DNA of 64,000 nt. It comes from an uncultured bacterium. GTDB lineage: Bacteria; Oederibacteriota; JAAXVQ01. Within the stretch, counting starts at the first letter, position 1. Each line of letters opens with the position of its first letter. The stretch covers positions 32,708 to 96,707 of the forward strand of contig CAZQGO010000007.1 in NCBI GenBank assembly GCA_964593065.1. The letters run 5' to 3'. This document shows positions 48,635 to 59,075 of the stretch, piece after piece. Position numbers and translations under genes: made by a program. The notes beneath the pieces were generated by a model that searched no databases, had not been told where the DNA came from, and saw nothing but the letters and a program-made list of their open reading frames with translations.

Positions 48635-50124
48635 GGTTGCAGAAGATTGATCGTGGTAAGACGTTGCAGCAACGACCCCTTGGTGCTGCCGGTTCCCAAA
48701 GAAAGGTCGGAAACCGCGACTTGCCCGATGATGAGAATTCGGTCCTCTTCCGGCCGGTACGGCAGCCGGTAGGACCAGATGTCGTGAATGACGTAATACC
48801 GCCCGCCTTCGCCGCCGAGATAAAGCATCACGTGTCCGGGAAACTGCAGCAGCGCCGGCCCCTGGAGGCTGTCCAGTTTCTGCTGCCGCGCGTCGATGTC
48901 CTCCTTGGGATCCAAGAGGATCCGCTGTCCGCCGACCAGGGCCTGCACGCTGGAATTGCGCGGCAACACCAGCCCGAACAGGGCGTACAGGTCCATGAGG
49001 TATTGGGAACAGTCCTGATATTCCCCCTTGCCGCCCCAGGCATACGGCTCCCGCAGCTGCGCGAACGCGCGCCGGTAGAGTTCGCGGGCCGTCAGCGGCA
49101 AGGTGCCCGCGTGCACGCCGGCGGTCACCGGCAAGTAGGCCGTCCGGCAGACAACCTCGCCGCCGCGGGTCGAAACCGGGCATTGAATCCGGTAATATCC
49201 GTCCGCTTCGCCTTGCAGGTTCAAGGCCGTGCCGCGATAAAACCGCGCCGCCGTCCGCGTCGTGCCGGGTTCCCACACCGCGGTCACGGCGTGATCCGTC
49301 ACCAGCAGCCGGTCCGGTGCGGCCAGAAAATTCCGGAGGGCCTCCGGCTGGCAATCGGCCAGGACATCTTTCCGTTTCACCCACCCTCGGCAAAAAGCGG
49401 TCACCACAAACAGCCAGTCGCCGTCGCGGCTGGCATGCAGAATGGCCACCGGTTGCATGGCACGGACCGAGGAGGTCTGCAACAGGTCGAAGTCTGAGTC
49501 CAGCGGCTTGGCGGTCAACACCAGGTCCGAGGGATAGTACCGCACGTCCGTCCGGCGGCGCACCAGGCCGTAGCGCACCGAGTTGCTGTCCCGGATGGCC
49601 TTCAGATTCAAGTTATCGTCGAGCCGGGCAAAAACCTCCGCGGGCACGACCGCCCCCTGCGGATCGTACCGCGGCTGGCGCTTGATTCTTTCGGTTTCAT
49701 CTTTCAAATACGTGTACAAGGTGTAGCCCTCCAGCCGGCCCGGACTGTAGCTCGGAGCGGCGGCTGGCCGGCGGGCGAGGTCAAGGTTGCTGTCTTCCGG
49801 CCACTCCGGTTCCAGGTACTGGTAATCCCACAGCTTGGCGGAAAAAACATCGGTCAGGAGCCCGCGGGCGAAGGTTTGGGCATTGAGGCGCTGGATGTCT
49901 TCCGCCGTCAGCAGGAGGCGATCCGGCTGGGCCAGCTTGGAAAGCCAAAACTGGGGCCGTTCCATGGCCCGGGTGCAATCGGGCAGGGGCAGGGAGGCGC
50001 GCTGCGGACGCGGAGGTATCCCCGGCAGGGTCGCACAGCCGCATAGGCCCGCCAGGCAGAGCGCCCCGATGAGCGGAGTCCACGAAAGCGGAAAGGCTTG
50101 TGGGCGAATATTGGGGAGTCGCAT
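48631..50124 (-). CDS. NlpC/P60 (C40) family peptidase with N-terminal SH3b-like domains, paralog A (lipoprotein-like signal)
   Basis: REPYAWGGKGEYQDCSQ and FPGHVMLYLG motifs; YkfC-like architecture. Confidence 0.75.
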   Translation of the reverse strand: MRLPNIRPQAFPLSWTPLIGALCLAGLCGCATLPGIPPRPQRASLPLPDCTRAMERPQFWLSKLAQPDRLLLTAEDIQRLNAQTFARGLLTDVFSAKLWDYQYLEPEWPEDSNLDLARRPAAAPSYSPGRLEGYTLYTYLKDETERIKRQPRYDPQGAVVPAEVFARLDDNLNLKAIRDSNSVRYGLVRRRTDVRYYPSDLVLTAKPLDSDFDLLQTSSVRAMQPVAILHASRDGDWLFVVTAFCRGWVKRKDVLADCQPEALRNFLAAPDRLLVTDHAVTAVWEPGTTRTAARFYRGTALNLQGEADGYYRIQCPVSTRGGEVVCRTAYLPVTAGVHAGTLPLTARELYRRAFAQLREPYAWGGKGEYQDCSQYLMDLYALFGLVLPRNSSVQALVGGQRILLDPKEDIDARQQKLDSLQGPALLQFPGHVMLYLGGEGGRYYVIHDIWSYRLPYRPEEDRILIIGQVAVSDLSLGTGSTKGSLLQRLTTINLLQP

Positions 50125-50230
50125 CTCCTCGGTTCGTTGCGTTCTGGGCACGCAATCTTTCAAGTCTGCGCGGGGGGAACGGCAGCCGGTCTAACCCGCC
50201 GCCCGCCGCGGCCGGGTCCGGCCGCGGGCG

Positions 50231-51046
50231 TCATTTTACCAGGCGTTCCAGTTTTTTCAAATCCTCGTTTTTCCCCACGATGACCAGGGTATCGTCCTTG
50301 CCGACCGACTGGTCGGGAGTGATGAGGACGTCATACTGCGCGGCTTCATGGCCGACGCCTTCTTTGTCCAGTTCCAGGTGGCGGTGCTTGACGGCGATGA
50401 CGTTCACGTTGAAGCGGCTGCGGAGCTCGGTTTCACGCAGGGTTTTGCCGATGATTTCCGTGGGCGCCGGCACCTCGATCACCGAGATCCCCTCCGCGAG
50501 TTGAAAATAATTCAGCACGCTCGCGGTGGTGAGTTCGCCCACCAAGTCGATGGCGGCCTCCCGTTCCGGGAAAACCACCCGCGTGGCCCCGACCCGGTCC
50601 AGAACCTTGGCGTGCAGCAGGTTCGCGGCCTTGGCAATGACCTCCTTGACGCCGAGTTCCTTGACGATCATGACCGCCATGACGGAGGCTTCGATGCTCT
50701 CGCCGATGGAGACGATGGCCGTGTCGACGGCGTCCACGCCTGCGGCGCGCAGGGCCTTTTCGTCCGTCACATCGGCGGTGATGGCCTGGGTCACCAAGTC
50801 CGACATTTCCTCCACCCGCTCGGAGTTGCTGTCAATGGCCAGGACCTCGACCCGCGCCCGGACCAGCGCTTCCGCCACGTGCTGGCCGAAATTGCCCAGC
50901 CCCAGGACCGCGAAGGCCCGGCGTTTCTTCCTTTCCATGCGCGTGGACAGGGGCCGGACGGTCTTCAGCCAGTCGTCGAATTTGAACCAGTCCAGGTCCG
51001 CCTTGGCCGTGGGCTTTCCGTTTTTTTTCCGCTTGGGCGCTTTCAT
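50231..51046 (-). CDS. trkA: Potassium uptake regulator TrkA/KtrA (RCK_N + RCK_C)
   Basis: FAVLGLGNFG Rossmann; TrkA-C domain. Confidence 0.85.
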   Translation of the reverse strand: MKAPKRKKNGKPTAKADLDWFKFDDWLKTVRPLSTRMERKKRRAFAVLGLGNFGQHVAEALVRARVEVLAIDSNSERVEEMSDLVTQAITADVTDEKALRAAGVDAVDTAIVSIGESIEASVMAVMIVKELGVKEVIAKAANLLHAKVLDRVGATRVVFPEREAAIDLVGELTTASVLNYFQLAEGISVIEVPAPTEIIGKTLRETELRSRFNVNVIAVKHRHLELDKEGVGHEAAQYDVLITPDQSVGKDDTLVIVGKNEDLKKLERLVK

Positions 51047-52419
51047 CCGATATTCACTCTCCCCTCGGGGTATTCCACGTGAGCCTGTTGAATTTGCGAG
51101 GCCGCGGCCAGTGCCAGCGTCAGCGGGCCCAGGCGTCCGACCAGCATCGCGAAAATGACCAGCAACTTGCAGGGCTGCGAAAACAGCGCGGAATAGCTTA
51201 AGTTGCCGCCGTCGCCCACCGACAAGCCGACCGTGCCGAGGGCCGAAGCGATCTCAAACAGCACGTTGTGCACGGGTTTGCCTTCCCACGCCGCCGTGAC
51301 GAAGGTCAAGGCAACCAGCAAGGCCGTCATGATGACCATGACCATGAGGGCCCGGTAGATCGTTTCCAGCGTCAGCCGGCGGTGGAAAGCGATCACCTGC
51401 CTCCGTCCCCGGAGCATGTTCCACACGGACAGGCACACCAGTGCGAAGGTCGTCGTCTTGATTCCTCCGCCCGTGCCGCCCGGGGAGGCCCCGATGAACA
51501 TGAGGGGGATGATCAGATACATGGCCTGCAGGGGCAGGGCGCCCGTATCCTGGATGTTGAATCCCGCGGTGCGCGAGATGGAGGATAAAAACAAGGCCGG
51601 GCCCCAATTCAGGCCGCAGACCGCATGCAGACCGACCATGCCCAGCAGCAACAGCGTCGCGGTGGTTGCCAGCACCATTTTGGTGTGCAGGGAAAGCCGG
51701 ACCGGATTCCGGGTCCGCCGGAACAGGCCCAGGATTTCATTGAGCACGAAAAACCCCAGGCCGCCGACGATGGCCAGGACCATGATGGCGGCCACGGCCA
51801 CGGGCTGGCGCCCTTCGCCCATCAGGTTATCCGAGAAAAGGCTGAAACCGGCGTTGTTGAATCCCGAAACCGCGTGGAAAACTCCCAAGGCCAGGGCCCG
51901 CCCCGGCGAATGGTGCGGCCAGTAGGCCCAAGTGATCACCAGGGTCCCCAACAACTCCAGGCTCAGGCTGATCAGGATCACCTTGCGCACGAAGCGTCCC
52001 AGGCCCTCGGCCGTATCCAGGTTCATGGCCTGCTGGATGGTGATGCGTTCGTGCACGCCGATGCGGCGGCCGGCTAAAACCGCGGCCGCGGAAGCCATCA
52101 GCATGTACCCCAAACCGCCGATTTTGATCAGGATCAGGATCACGACCTGGCCCCAGGGCGTGAAGGCGTGGGCCGTGTCCCGCACGATCAGGCCGGTCAC
52201 GCACACGGCCGAAGTGGCCGTAAACAGGGCGTCCACCCAAGGCAAGGAGGCCGAGCCCGGCGTCGCGGCGGGCAACCACAGCAGGCCGGTGCCCGCGGCG
52301 ATGAACATGACGAACGTCAACACCAGCTTCTGGGCCGGCGACATGCCCAGCAATATCCCCACGCGCGCCTTGCTCTGCGCCTGCAGATTTCTCGCCGTGG
52401 CCTTCCCGTTCGCCGGCAT
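51043..52419 (-). CDS. trkH: TrkH/KtrB family potassium transporter
   Basis: 458-aa multi-TM protein with repeated GLGYM/GASPGGTGGGIKTTT selectivity-filter motifs. Confidence 0.85.
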   Translation of the reverse strand: MPANGKATARNLQAQSKARVGILLGMSPAQKLVLTFVMFIAAGTGLLWLPAATPGSASLPWVDALFTATSAVCVTGLIVRDTAHAFTPWGQVVILILIKIGGLGYMLMASAAAVLAGRRIGVHERITIQQAMNLDTAEGLGRFVRKVILISLSLELLGTLVITWAYWPHHSPGRALALGVFHAVSGFNNAGFSLFSDNLMGEGRQPVAVAAIMVLAIVGGLGFFVLNEILGLFRRTRNPVRLSLHTKMVLATTATLLLLGMVGLHAVCGLNWGPALFLSSISRTAGFNIQDTGALPLQAMYLIIPLMFIGASPGGTGGGIKTTTFALVCLSVWNMLRGRRQVIAFHRRLTLETIYRALMVMVIMTALLVALTFVTAAWEGKPVHNVLFEIASALGTVGLSVGDGGNLSYSALFSQPCKLLVIFAMLVGRLGPLTLALAAASQIQQAHVEYPEGRVNIG

Positions 52420-52421
52420 GA

Positions 52422-52862
52422 CTATCGGGGTTCCTCGAATCTCCGTGAGTTAAACAGGCGGCGGGTCTGAAAGCCCAGCGCCCATCGAAACAGAAGAAAA
52501 TATCCGCCCCACCGGACCCCGTTGCCCAATTGATCCAGCAGCAGATGATGCGCCAGGCCAAAGGCCAGGCCGCCGGTCACCGCAGGAGCGATGCCGCCCC
52601 AGGCCGCGCCCGCAAAAACCAGGAGCAGTTCCCCGCTGTGCAGCCATAAAAAAACCCGCGGTTCGGGGTACTCCCGCCAGAATTTCGAAAAATCCCGGAC
52701 GGACGGATGAGCGCGACGGGCAAGCCCATATTCGACCAAATGATCCAAATCCAAGAAAACTCCGCTCAAGACGGAACAGCCCGCGGCCAGCCACGACCCG
52801 CTCAACAGGCCCAACGCCAGTCCGCCGACCAGGGATGTTCCCGCGTGCACGGTTACCCGCAT
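52422..52862 (-). CDS. Membrane-bound metal-dependent hydrolase-like protein (DUF457/YdjM-like)
   Basis: LDLDHLVEY and GLAHHLLLD histidine motifs in a TM protein. Confidence 0.4.
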   Translation of the reverse strand: MRVTVHAGTSLVGGLALGLLSGSWLAAGCSVLSGVFLDLDHLVEYGLARRAHPSVRDFSKFWREYPEPRVFLWLHSGELLLVFAGAAWGGIAPAVTGGLAFGLAHHLLLDQLGNGVRWGGYFLLFRWALGFQTRRLFNSRRFEEPR

Positions 52863-52874
52863 GGCCGGGATCCG

Positions 52875-54446
52875 TCAGGCGAAAAGTTCGTCCGACTCGG
52901 GAGCATGGCCGGCTTGCAACCTGGAAGCATCCCAGGGATAGAGGGAAAGAATGAACGCGGCCGCCAAGGTGGCCAGCAGCCAGCTGACGCCGATGCCCAC
53001 CAGTGCGGAGGCCGAATAATGCCCGTATCCCTTGGCGATTTCCGCGGCCAGGGTGCGGACCAGCATGGCCAGCAGGATCGCGGGCGTTACATACTTTACG
53101 ATGACATCCCAGCCCCGGTTGAGTTTGTGGCGCGCCTGCTGGTTGATGTGCCTGCGCAGGACATCCGCCTTGAACAGGTAGCCGACCACGAGGCATTCCA
53201 GCAGGCCGGCCAAGACCAGCCCGTATTGGTTCAAAAAATGATCCAGGATGTCCAACCAGTACAACCCGCCGCCGGTGGTGAAGACCAGGGAGCCCGCGAA
53301 GCCGATCAGGCAAACGACCGTGACCACGAGCTTGCGCGGGATCTTGAATTTATCCAGGAGGCCGCTGGTGAAGGCCTCGATCATCGAAACCGCCGAAGAC
53401 AGGCCTGCGATCACGAGCGCCGTGAAAAACAGGACCCCGAACAATTCGCGCAAATACGGCAAGCGGGAAATGGCCTCCGGGAAAACGACGAAGGCCAGAC
53501 TGGGACCGGATTCGATGACCTGATCGATGGGCAGTCCCTTGGCTTGGGCCAGGTAGCCCAGGATGGAAAAAACCGCGAATCCCGCCACGAAAGAATACAG
53601 GCAGTTGACCAGGCTGGTGGTGACCGCGTTCGAAACCAAATCCGTCCGTCGGGGCAAGTAGCTCGCGTAGGCGATCATGATCCCAAAAGCCAGGGAGAGG
53701 GTGAAAAAAATCTGCCCGTAGGCCGCCATCCAGACCCTCGGGTCGAGCAACCGGCTCCATTGGGGCAGCAAATAGTACTTGAGGCCTTCCGCGGCTCCCG
53801 GCAGGGTCAGGCCCCAGGCCACCAAAATGAGGGTGGTGGCCAGCAACAGGGGCATGAAAATCTTGCAGGCTCTTTCGATGCCGTGGTGGATCTCCTGGTA
53901 GCTGATCCACCAGGTCGCCAGCCACATCAGGGCCGTGGCCGCCACGATGGACGGCCGCAGACCCCCGAGACGGGCCGGAGAGGCGGTCAAGCCCAGGTAG
54001 TGGTTCAGGAAGAAGTCCTGGGTATCCGCGCCCCATTTCAGGTCGAAGGAAAAAAGCACGTAATTCGCGCACCAGCCGATCACGACCTCGTAATAAAACA
54101 TGATCCCGAACAGGACGAACAAGGGCATCCACCACCCCAGCCATTCCGTCCGGCGGCTGATTTTGGCAAAGGCCAGCGGGGCGGCCGCCTGTTTGCGGTG
54201 TCCCAGGCCGTATTCCAGCAGCAGCAGGGGGATCCCGGCCGTCAGCAGGGCCACCGCATAGGGTATCATGAACGCGCCCCCGCCATGGATGTAGACCATG
54301 TAGGAAAAGCGCCAGATATTGCCCAAGCCGATGGCGGCGCCGACCGCCGCGAAAAGAAACCCCAGGTTCGAGGAGAACAAGCCGCGTTTTTCGCCGGAAG
54401 CCGTGACCGTCACGGGCGTCATTCCCTGCCTTCCCGGAAATAACAA
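52875..54446 (-). CDS. Sodium:neurotransmitter symporter family (SNF/NSS) transporter
   Basis: FAAVGAAIGLGNIWRFSYMVYIHGGGAFMIPY signature; ~12 TM. Confidence 0.8.
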   Translation of the reverse strand: MLFPGRQGMTPVTVTASGEKRGLFSSNLGFLFAAVGAAIGLGNIWRFSYMVYIHGGGAFMIPYAVALLTAGIPLLLLEYGLGHRKQAAAPLAFAKISRRTEWLGWWMPLFVLFGIMFYYEVVIGWCANYVLFSFDLKWGADTQDFFLNHYLGLTASPARLGGLRPSIVAATALMWLATWWISYQEIHHGIERACKIFMPLLLATTLILVAWGLTLPGAAEGLKYYLLPQWSRLLDPRVWMAAYGQIFFTLSLAFGIMIAYASYLPRRTDLVSNAVTTSLVNCLYSFVAGFAVFSILGYLAQAKGLPIDQVIESGPSLAFVVFPEAISRLPYLRELFGVLFFTALVIAGLSSAVSMIEAFTSGLLDKFKIPRKLVVTVVCLIGFAGSLVFTTGGGLYWLDILDHFLNQYGLVLAGLLECLVVGYLFKADVLRRHINQQARHKLNRGWDVIVKYVTPAILLAMLVRTLAAEIAKGYGHYSASALVGIGVSWLLATLAAAFILSLYPWDASRLQAGHAPESDELFA

Positions 54447-54546
54447 GGCAGGCCGGGCCCGGGGGCCTTAAGCCTGCCGGGACTCATCATACCCGCTCGT
54501 GCCACCCGCGTCAACGGAAATCCCTCCCCGGCCCCGGACCGCGCCC

Positions 54547-54741
54547 TTACGCCCGGCGGCGCGACCGCAGATAAGCCTCCACGGACCGGTCATAGGTCTT
54601 CTCCGCGGCGGAATCGAAGTAGCAGGCAGGCAGTTCTCCCGAACGGCGGTGGTAGGCGATGCATTCGCAGCACACGCCCTTGCGGGAGCAGGGGTAAGTG
54701 CAATTGCAGGTTTGGCGATTTTTCTCCTCACGGCATTCCAT
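54547..54741 (-). CDS. 64-aa cysteine-rich small protein (8 Cys: C-x8-C-x-C-x3-C-x5-CC-x-C-x12-C), probable metal-binding
   Basis: [42 protein letters not shown]...; GGAGGG SD 5 nt upstream of the ATG. Confidence 0.5.
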   Translation of the reverse strand: MECREEKNRQTCNCTYPCSRKGVCCECIAYHRRSGELPACYFDSAAEKTYDRSVEAYLRSRRRA

Positions 54742-54803
54742 GCCGTCCCTCCATCCCCTGCGCTTCCCGGTCCAAAGCGCGGAAGCGCGCGGGACTCCCG
54801 ATT

Positions 54804-55196
54804 TTATTCCCCCATGACCTTGATGATCAAGCGTTTGGGGCGCCGGCCGTCGAATTCCGCGTAGAAGACTTGCTGCCAGGGACCCAAATCCAGCCGTCCC
54901 CCGGTAATGGGCAAGATTACCTGGTGGTGGACCAGGAGGTTTTTCAAATGGGCGTCTCCGTTGCTCTCGCCGGTTTGGTGGTGGCGGTAATTCTTTCCCG
55001 ACGGCGCCAATGTTTCCAGCCACTCGTCGATGTCCTGCAACAGCCCGGATTCCGCGTCGTTGACGAACACCCCGGCCGTGATGTGCAGGGCGGACACCAA
55101 GACCAGCCCTTCCTGCACGGCGGCGGCCTGCACGGCCTTCGCCACGTCGCCGGTGATGTTCCGGTATTCACGCTGCCGTTTCGTGTGAAATGTCAT
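54804..55196 (-). CDS. YjbQ/UPF0047 family protein
   Basis: ITGDV...[23 protein letters not shown]...[30 protein letters not shown]. Confidence 0.75.
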   Translation of the reverse strand: MTFHTKRQREYRNITGDVAKAVQAAAVQEGLVLVSALHITAGVFVNDAESGLLQDIDEWLETLAPSGKNYRHHQTGESNGDAHLKNLLVHHQVILPITGGRLDLGPWQQVFYAEFDGRRPKRLIIKVMGE

Positions 55197-55254
55197 GTAG
55201 GTCGTATAGCTGCGCATGGCACCTCGTGCGCGGTGGCGAGCAACGCGACGGTGA

Positions 55255-56553
55255 TTAAAATTTCATTTTGAACAAGACGTTCAGCAGGTCCTCGTCCCGG
55301 TAATGAATGGTCAAGCCGGCCTTGTAGAAGGGGGTCCGGAAAACGTCCTCGGCGCCGGCGGTGATTTCGATCAGATCCAGCAGCACGACGCCGGTTCGCA
55401 GATCCACTTGCGCGGGATTGAATTCCACCCGGTAGGCGTCCAGCAGCACGCGGAAATCGTCTTCGAAAAGGCGCAAGTCCAGCCCGGCCACGAAATATTC
55501 GTCCTTGATCAATCCGCCCCGGATGAAAAGCGGGGTATCCAAAATGCGCCAGGCCAGCTGGGCGGTGAAAGTCGTCTCGTCTTCCTCGAGCCCGTACAGG
55601 CGGCTGACTTTGTTGATGCCCAATTGGTAGTAGCGTTTTTCGTTGGGCCAAATCAGAAGATCGACGTGGCCGGCGGCAATGTCCTGGGCGTATTTATCCA
55701 GCCCGAAATTCAGGTCGAAGCGGATGCGGTCCGCTTTTTCCTGGTACTCGCCCACCTTTTCCACCACCCGGGCGGCGGTCTTGACGGTTTTATCCAGGGC
55801 CTCGCGGGTTTCCGGGCTGAAGAGTTTCTCCTCCGCCCCCTTGAGTTCGCCGGCCACCTCCCGGATTTCGCGCACCGCGGCCACCAGCTCGTCGTAGAGC
55901 TGGGGGTCCCGGATGAATTTCATCGCCGAGCCGTGGGAGGCGTTCAGGGTTCCGATGAAGGTTTGCAGCTGCTGCAGGGAGGCGCGCAATTCCCGGTACA
56001 GGTCCGGATCGTTGACCAGTGCACCCAGGGTGCCTTCGCCCGTTGCGATCTTGGAAGAGACCTGCTGCAGGTCCTGCAGCAGGCTTCCGGCCGAGGTCAT
56101 GATCTGGCTCAGAAGATCGCGCGTGTTTTCCGGCGGCACCCCTTCCAGCACGGTGCCGTTGGCGGCGGGGGGCGCCTCCGGGCTGCCCTGGGTGAGGTCC
56201 ACGTACATGTCGCCGAGAAGCCCCATGCCCTGGATGACCGCCTTGGAGTCGGTCTTGATGTACTTGCGAATCCGGCGTTCCACCTTCAACACGACCCGCA
56301 GGCGGGGCGGGTCGCTTCCGGGCACAAAATCCACGTAGCTGACCGTACCGACCTCCACGCCGGAAAACCACACGGGCGAGGAGGGCCTCAAGCCGGCCAC
56401 TTCCGGGAAGTAGGCCACCAATTTGAATTTCGCGGAAAAAGGATTCACGCCCTTGGTGGGAAAGATCATGGCGAGCAGGGTCACGCCCAGCGCCACGGCC
56501 AGCAGGGTCCCCACCTTGAATTGCATGGCAGGATAATTTCGGCTGCTCTTCAC
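55255..56553 (-). CDS. MlaD/MCE family substrate-binding protein with extended C-terminal helical domain
   Basis: N-terminal TM plus MCE domain ([17 protein letters not shown]). Confidence 0.75.
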   Translation of the reverse strand: MKSSRNYPAMQFKVGTLLAVALGVTLLAMIFPTKGVNPFSAKFKLVAYFPEVAGLRPSSPVWFSGVEVGTVSYVDFVPGSDPPRLRVVLKVERRIRKYIKTDSKAVIQGMGLLGDMYVDLTQGSPEAPPAANGTVLEGVPPENTRDLLSQIMTSAGSLLQDLQQVSSKIATGEGTLGALVNDPDLYRELRASLQQLQTFIGTLNASHGSAMKFIRDPQLYDELVAAVREIREVAGELKGAEEKLFSPETREALDKTVKTAARVVEKVGEYQEKADRIRFDLNFGLDKYAQDIAAGHVDLLIWPNEKRYYQLGINKVSRLYGLEEDETTFTAQLAWRILDTPLFIRGGLIKDEYFVAGLDLRLFEDDFRVLLDAYRVEFNPAQVDLRTGVVLLDLIEITAGAEDVFRTPFYKAGLTIHYRDEDLLNVLFKMKF

Positions 56554-57305
56554 GCGGCCCCCTCGTGGACGCCGGCGCGGTCTTCGGCCGGCCGGTAATA
56601 GAGCGCCAGCATGCGTTTGCGGTTGGCGCTGAACTGCCGTTTGGTCCCGCTCCAGACCACGCTTCCGTCCCGCAGGATCGCGAAACGGTCGGCCACGGTC
56701 AAGGCGTCGTCCAAGGCATGCGTCACGACGACGCTGGTGACCCGGTGCTGGTGTTTCAACCGGTTGATCAGCTCCAGAATGCCTCCCGCCGCCAGGGGAT
56801 CCAGCCCGGTCGTGGGTTCGTCATATAAGATCACCGCGGGTTCATAAATCAGCGCCCGCGCGATGGCCACGCGGCGGCGCATGCCGCCGGACAGTTCCTC
56901 CGGCATCATGTCCATGGTCTCTTCCAGGCCCACCGTGCGGAGCATGTTTCGCACCAGCGGTTCGAGTTCCCCGTGGCTCCGGGAGGTGTGTTCCAAATAA
57001 TAATAAGCCACGTTCTCGCCCACGGTCAAGGAATCGAACAGCGCTCCTTCTTGAAACACGATTCCCAGGCGTTTTCTTAACTCGACCAGTTGCTCGTAGG
57101 GAAGCCGGGTGATCTCGCGCCCCAAGACCTTCACTTCCCCTCGGTCCGGCCGGAGCAATCCCAGCATGATTTTAAGAATGGTGCTTTTGCCGGACCCGGA
57201 AGCCCCCAGGATGGCGAGGGTTTCCTGCTCCCCGACGTCCAAGTGCACGTCCTGCAGGATTCTTTTTTCCCCGATGGAATAATCCACGCCGCGCAAAGTC
57301 AGCAT
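56550..57305 (-). CDS. ABC transporter ATP-binding protein (MlaF-like)
   Basis: Walker A GASGSGKST; LSGGMRRRVAIARAL; Walker B ILYDEPTTGLD. Confidence 0.85.
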   Translation of the reverse strand: MLTLRGVDYSIGEKRILQDVHLDVGEQETLAILGASGSGKSTILKIMLGLLRPDRGEVKVLGREITRLPYEQLVELRKRLGIVFQEGALFDSLTVGENVAYYYLEHTSRSHGELEPLVRNMLRTVGLEETMDMMPEELSGGMRRRVAIARALIYEPAVILYDEPTTGLDPLAAGGILELINRLKHQHRVTSVVVTHALDDALTVADRFAILRDGSVVWSGTKRQFSANRKRMLALYYRPAEDRAGVHEGAA

Positions 57306-57308
57306 GCG

Positions 57309-58088
57309 CTATACTCCGAAGGCTTTCAGGATCAGGAAGCCGATGACGTAATTGGCGAGAAAAATCGCCACCGAGCTGGTCACCACGGCGCGGGCGGCGG
57401 CTTCCCCCACTCCGCGGACTCCCAGGGAGGTCCGCAGGCCCAGGAAACAGGCGATGGTCGCGATCAGGTACCCGAACACAAAGGGTTTCAGCAGGCCCCC
57501 CGACAGGTGCCGGATCACAAAGGCCTTGCGGGCCTCGAACCAGAACACGCCGGGTGAAACCGTGGAAACCAGGAACCCTCCCAAAAGTGTCACCAGGTTC
57601 ATGATCATCGTCAAGGCCGGCAGCATGATCAGCAACGCCAGCAAACGGGGGGTGACCAGTTTCTGCATGGGATCCTGGCCCAAGCCCTCGATGGAGTCAA
57701 TCTGCTGGGTCACGCGCATGGAACCCAGTTCGGCCGCGATCCGGGCGCCCACCCGGCCCGCCAGCATCAACGCGGAAAAAACGGGAGCCAGTTCGCGCAC
57801 GGTCGCCACGGCCAGCATCCGCCCGATATAGACCTTGGCGCCGTAGAGTTCCATCTCCGCTTCCATGATGATGGTGATGGCCATGCCGACGAACAAGCCG
57901 GTCGCGATGAGAATGAGCAGGGACTGCACCCCCAGGGCATCAAGCTGGTCGAGCACATCCCGGGAACGGGGCGGACGCCGGACGGCGGAAATCAGTGCCT
58001 GCACGCTGAAAAGGCAATAATCGCCGAGTTTCTCCATGGTCCTGTGTATTTGCGCCCACCAGGACATCACCCGCGCCCCTCCGTCCAC
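57309..58088 (-). CDS. ABC transporter permease (MlaE-like)
   Basis: 259-aa multi-TM; MlaE-like VTQQIDSIEGLG motif. Confidence 0.8.
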   Translation of the reverse strand: MDGGARVMSWWAQIHRTMEKLGDYCLFSVQALISAVRRPPRSRDVLDQLDALGVQSLLILIATGLFVGMAITIIMEAEMELYGAKVYIGRMLAVATVRELAPVFSALMLAGRVGARIAAELGSMRVTQQIDSIEGLGQDPMQKLVTPRLLALLIMLPALTMIMNLVTLLGGFLVSTVSPGVFWFEARKAFVIRHLSGGLLKPFVFGYLIATIACFLGLRTSLGVRGVGEAAARAVVTSSVAIFLANYVIGFLILKAFGV

Positions 58089-58182
58089 TTTGCCTGCGAG
58101 CGTCCGACCTCCGCCTCCGGATCAAACCGGAGCCTGGAGGAGGCCGCACTTCCGGCTTTGAAGAACAAGCATCCGGGCCTGT

Positions 58183-58707
58183 TTACGGGGCCGGGTCATT
58201 CCGCGCCTTCCGCCAGCGCTGAAATTCTTCCTCGAAGTTCGGGGTAAAGAGGCCGGAGCGCAGGGCGGTTTGGATCTCCGCCGGCTCCCACCAGCGCCCC
58301 TCCTCGATTTCCGCGGGCTCCGGATGAACCGGCCCTTCCCACCGGAACTGAAAGGTGTCGACCAGCTCCGATTCCACTTCATTACACATGAGGTACCGGT
58401 AGAGAAATTCGAGTTCCACGCCCGAGATGCCCAGTTCTTCCTTCAATTCGCGCCGCGCCGCGGCCAGGGGGCTCTCGCCGGGTTTGAGGTGCCCCCCGAC
58501 GGACGTGTCCCACTTGCCGGGTTGAATATCCTTGTGGCGGGATCGTTTTTGCAGATAAAGCCGTCCGCGGGAGTCGCAGACCAACACATGGGCCACCCGG
58601 TGGGTCAGGGTGGGATCGCCATGGCACGTTTCCCTGGGCGCCAGACCCACGACCCGGCCCTGTTCATCCACGATTTCGAACATTTCGTAAGCGTCCGGCA
58701 TGCGCAC
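58183..58707 (-). CDS. NUDIX hydrolase
   Basis: Nudix box GGHLKPGESPLAAARRELKEELGI. Confidence 0.8.
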   Translation of the reverse strand: MRMPDAYEMFEIVDEQGRVVGLAPRETCHGDPTLTHRVAHVLVCDSRGRLYLQKRSRHKDIQPGKWDTSVGGHLKPGESPLAAARRELKEELGISGVELEFLYRYLMCNEVESELVDTFQFRWEGPVHPEPAEIEEGRWWEPAEIQTALRSGLFTPNFEEEFQRWRKARNDPAP

Positions 58708-58760
58708 ATCTTAGCAAAAATAACCGGCTCGCGGGCATTATTTCTCCGTAGCCGGCCCGG

Positions 58761-58799
58761 AAAAAACAAAGCCCGCCGGGGGTATTCTCCCCGGCGGGC
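58761..58799 (-). terminator. Intrinsic terminator following tRNA-fMet
   Basis: Minus strand GCCCGCCGGGG-agaauacc-CCCGGCGGGC followed by UUUGUUUUUUCC. Confidence 0.55.
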
Positions 58800-58810
58800 G
58801 AAGGGTATTC

Positions 58811-58885
58811 TGGTTGCGGGGGCTGGATTTGAACCAGCAACCTTTGGGTTATGAGCCCAACGAGCTACCGTTGCTCCACCCCGCG
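58811..58885 (-). tRNA. Initiator tRNA-fMet (CAU)
   Basis: CGCGGGGTGGAGCAACGGTAGCTCGTTGGGCTCATAACCCAAAGGTTGCTGGTTCAAATCCAGCCCCCGCAACCA. C1xA72 mismatch and three G-C pairs in the anticodon stem. Confidence 0.85.
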
Positions 58886-58986
58886 GCGTTGGTGGAGACT
58901 CTAGCACAGGGAGGGAGGGATGTCTAGGGGGAATAAAAAAAAGTTGGAAAAAACCTTGCGCCGGGCCGCGCCGTCTGGCGCAGGGC

Positions 58987-59075
58987 TGGTGCCGGGGGCC
59001 GGGATCGAACCGGCATGAACCTTTCGGCTCAGCGGATTTTAAGTCCGCTGCGTCTGCCTATTCCGCCACCCCGGC
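58987..59075 (-). tRNA. tRNA-Leu(UAA), long variable arm
   Basis: GCCGGGGTGGCGGAATAGGCAGACGCAGCGGACTTAAAATCCGCTGAGCCGAAAGGTTCATGCCGGTTCGATCCCGGCCCCCGGCACCA. Confidence 0.85.
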
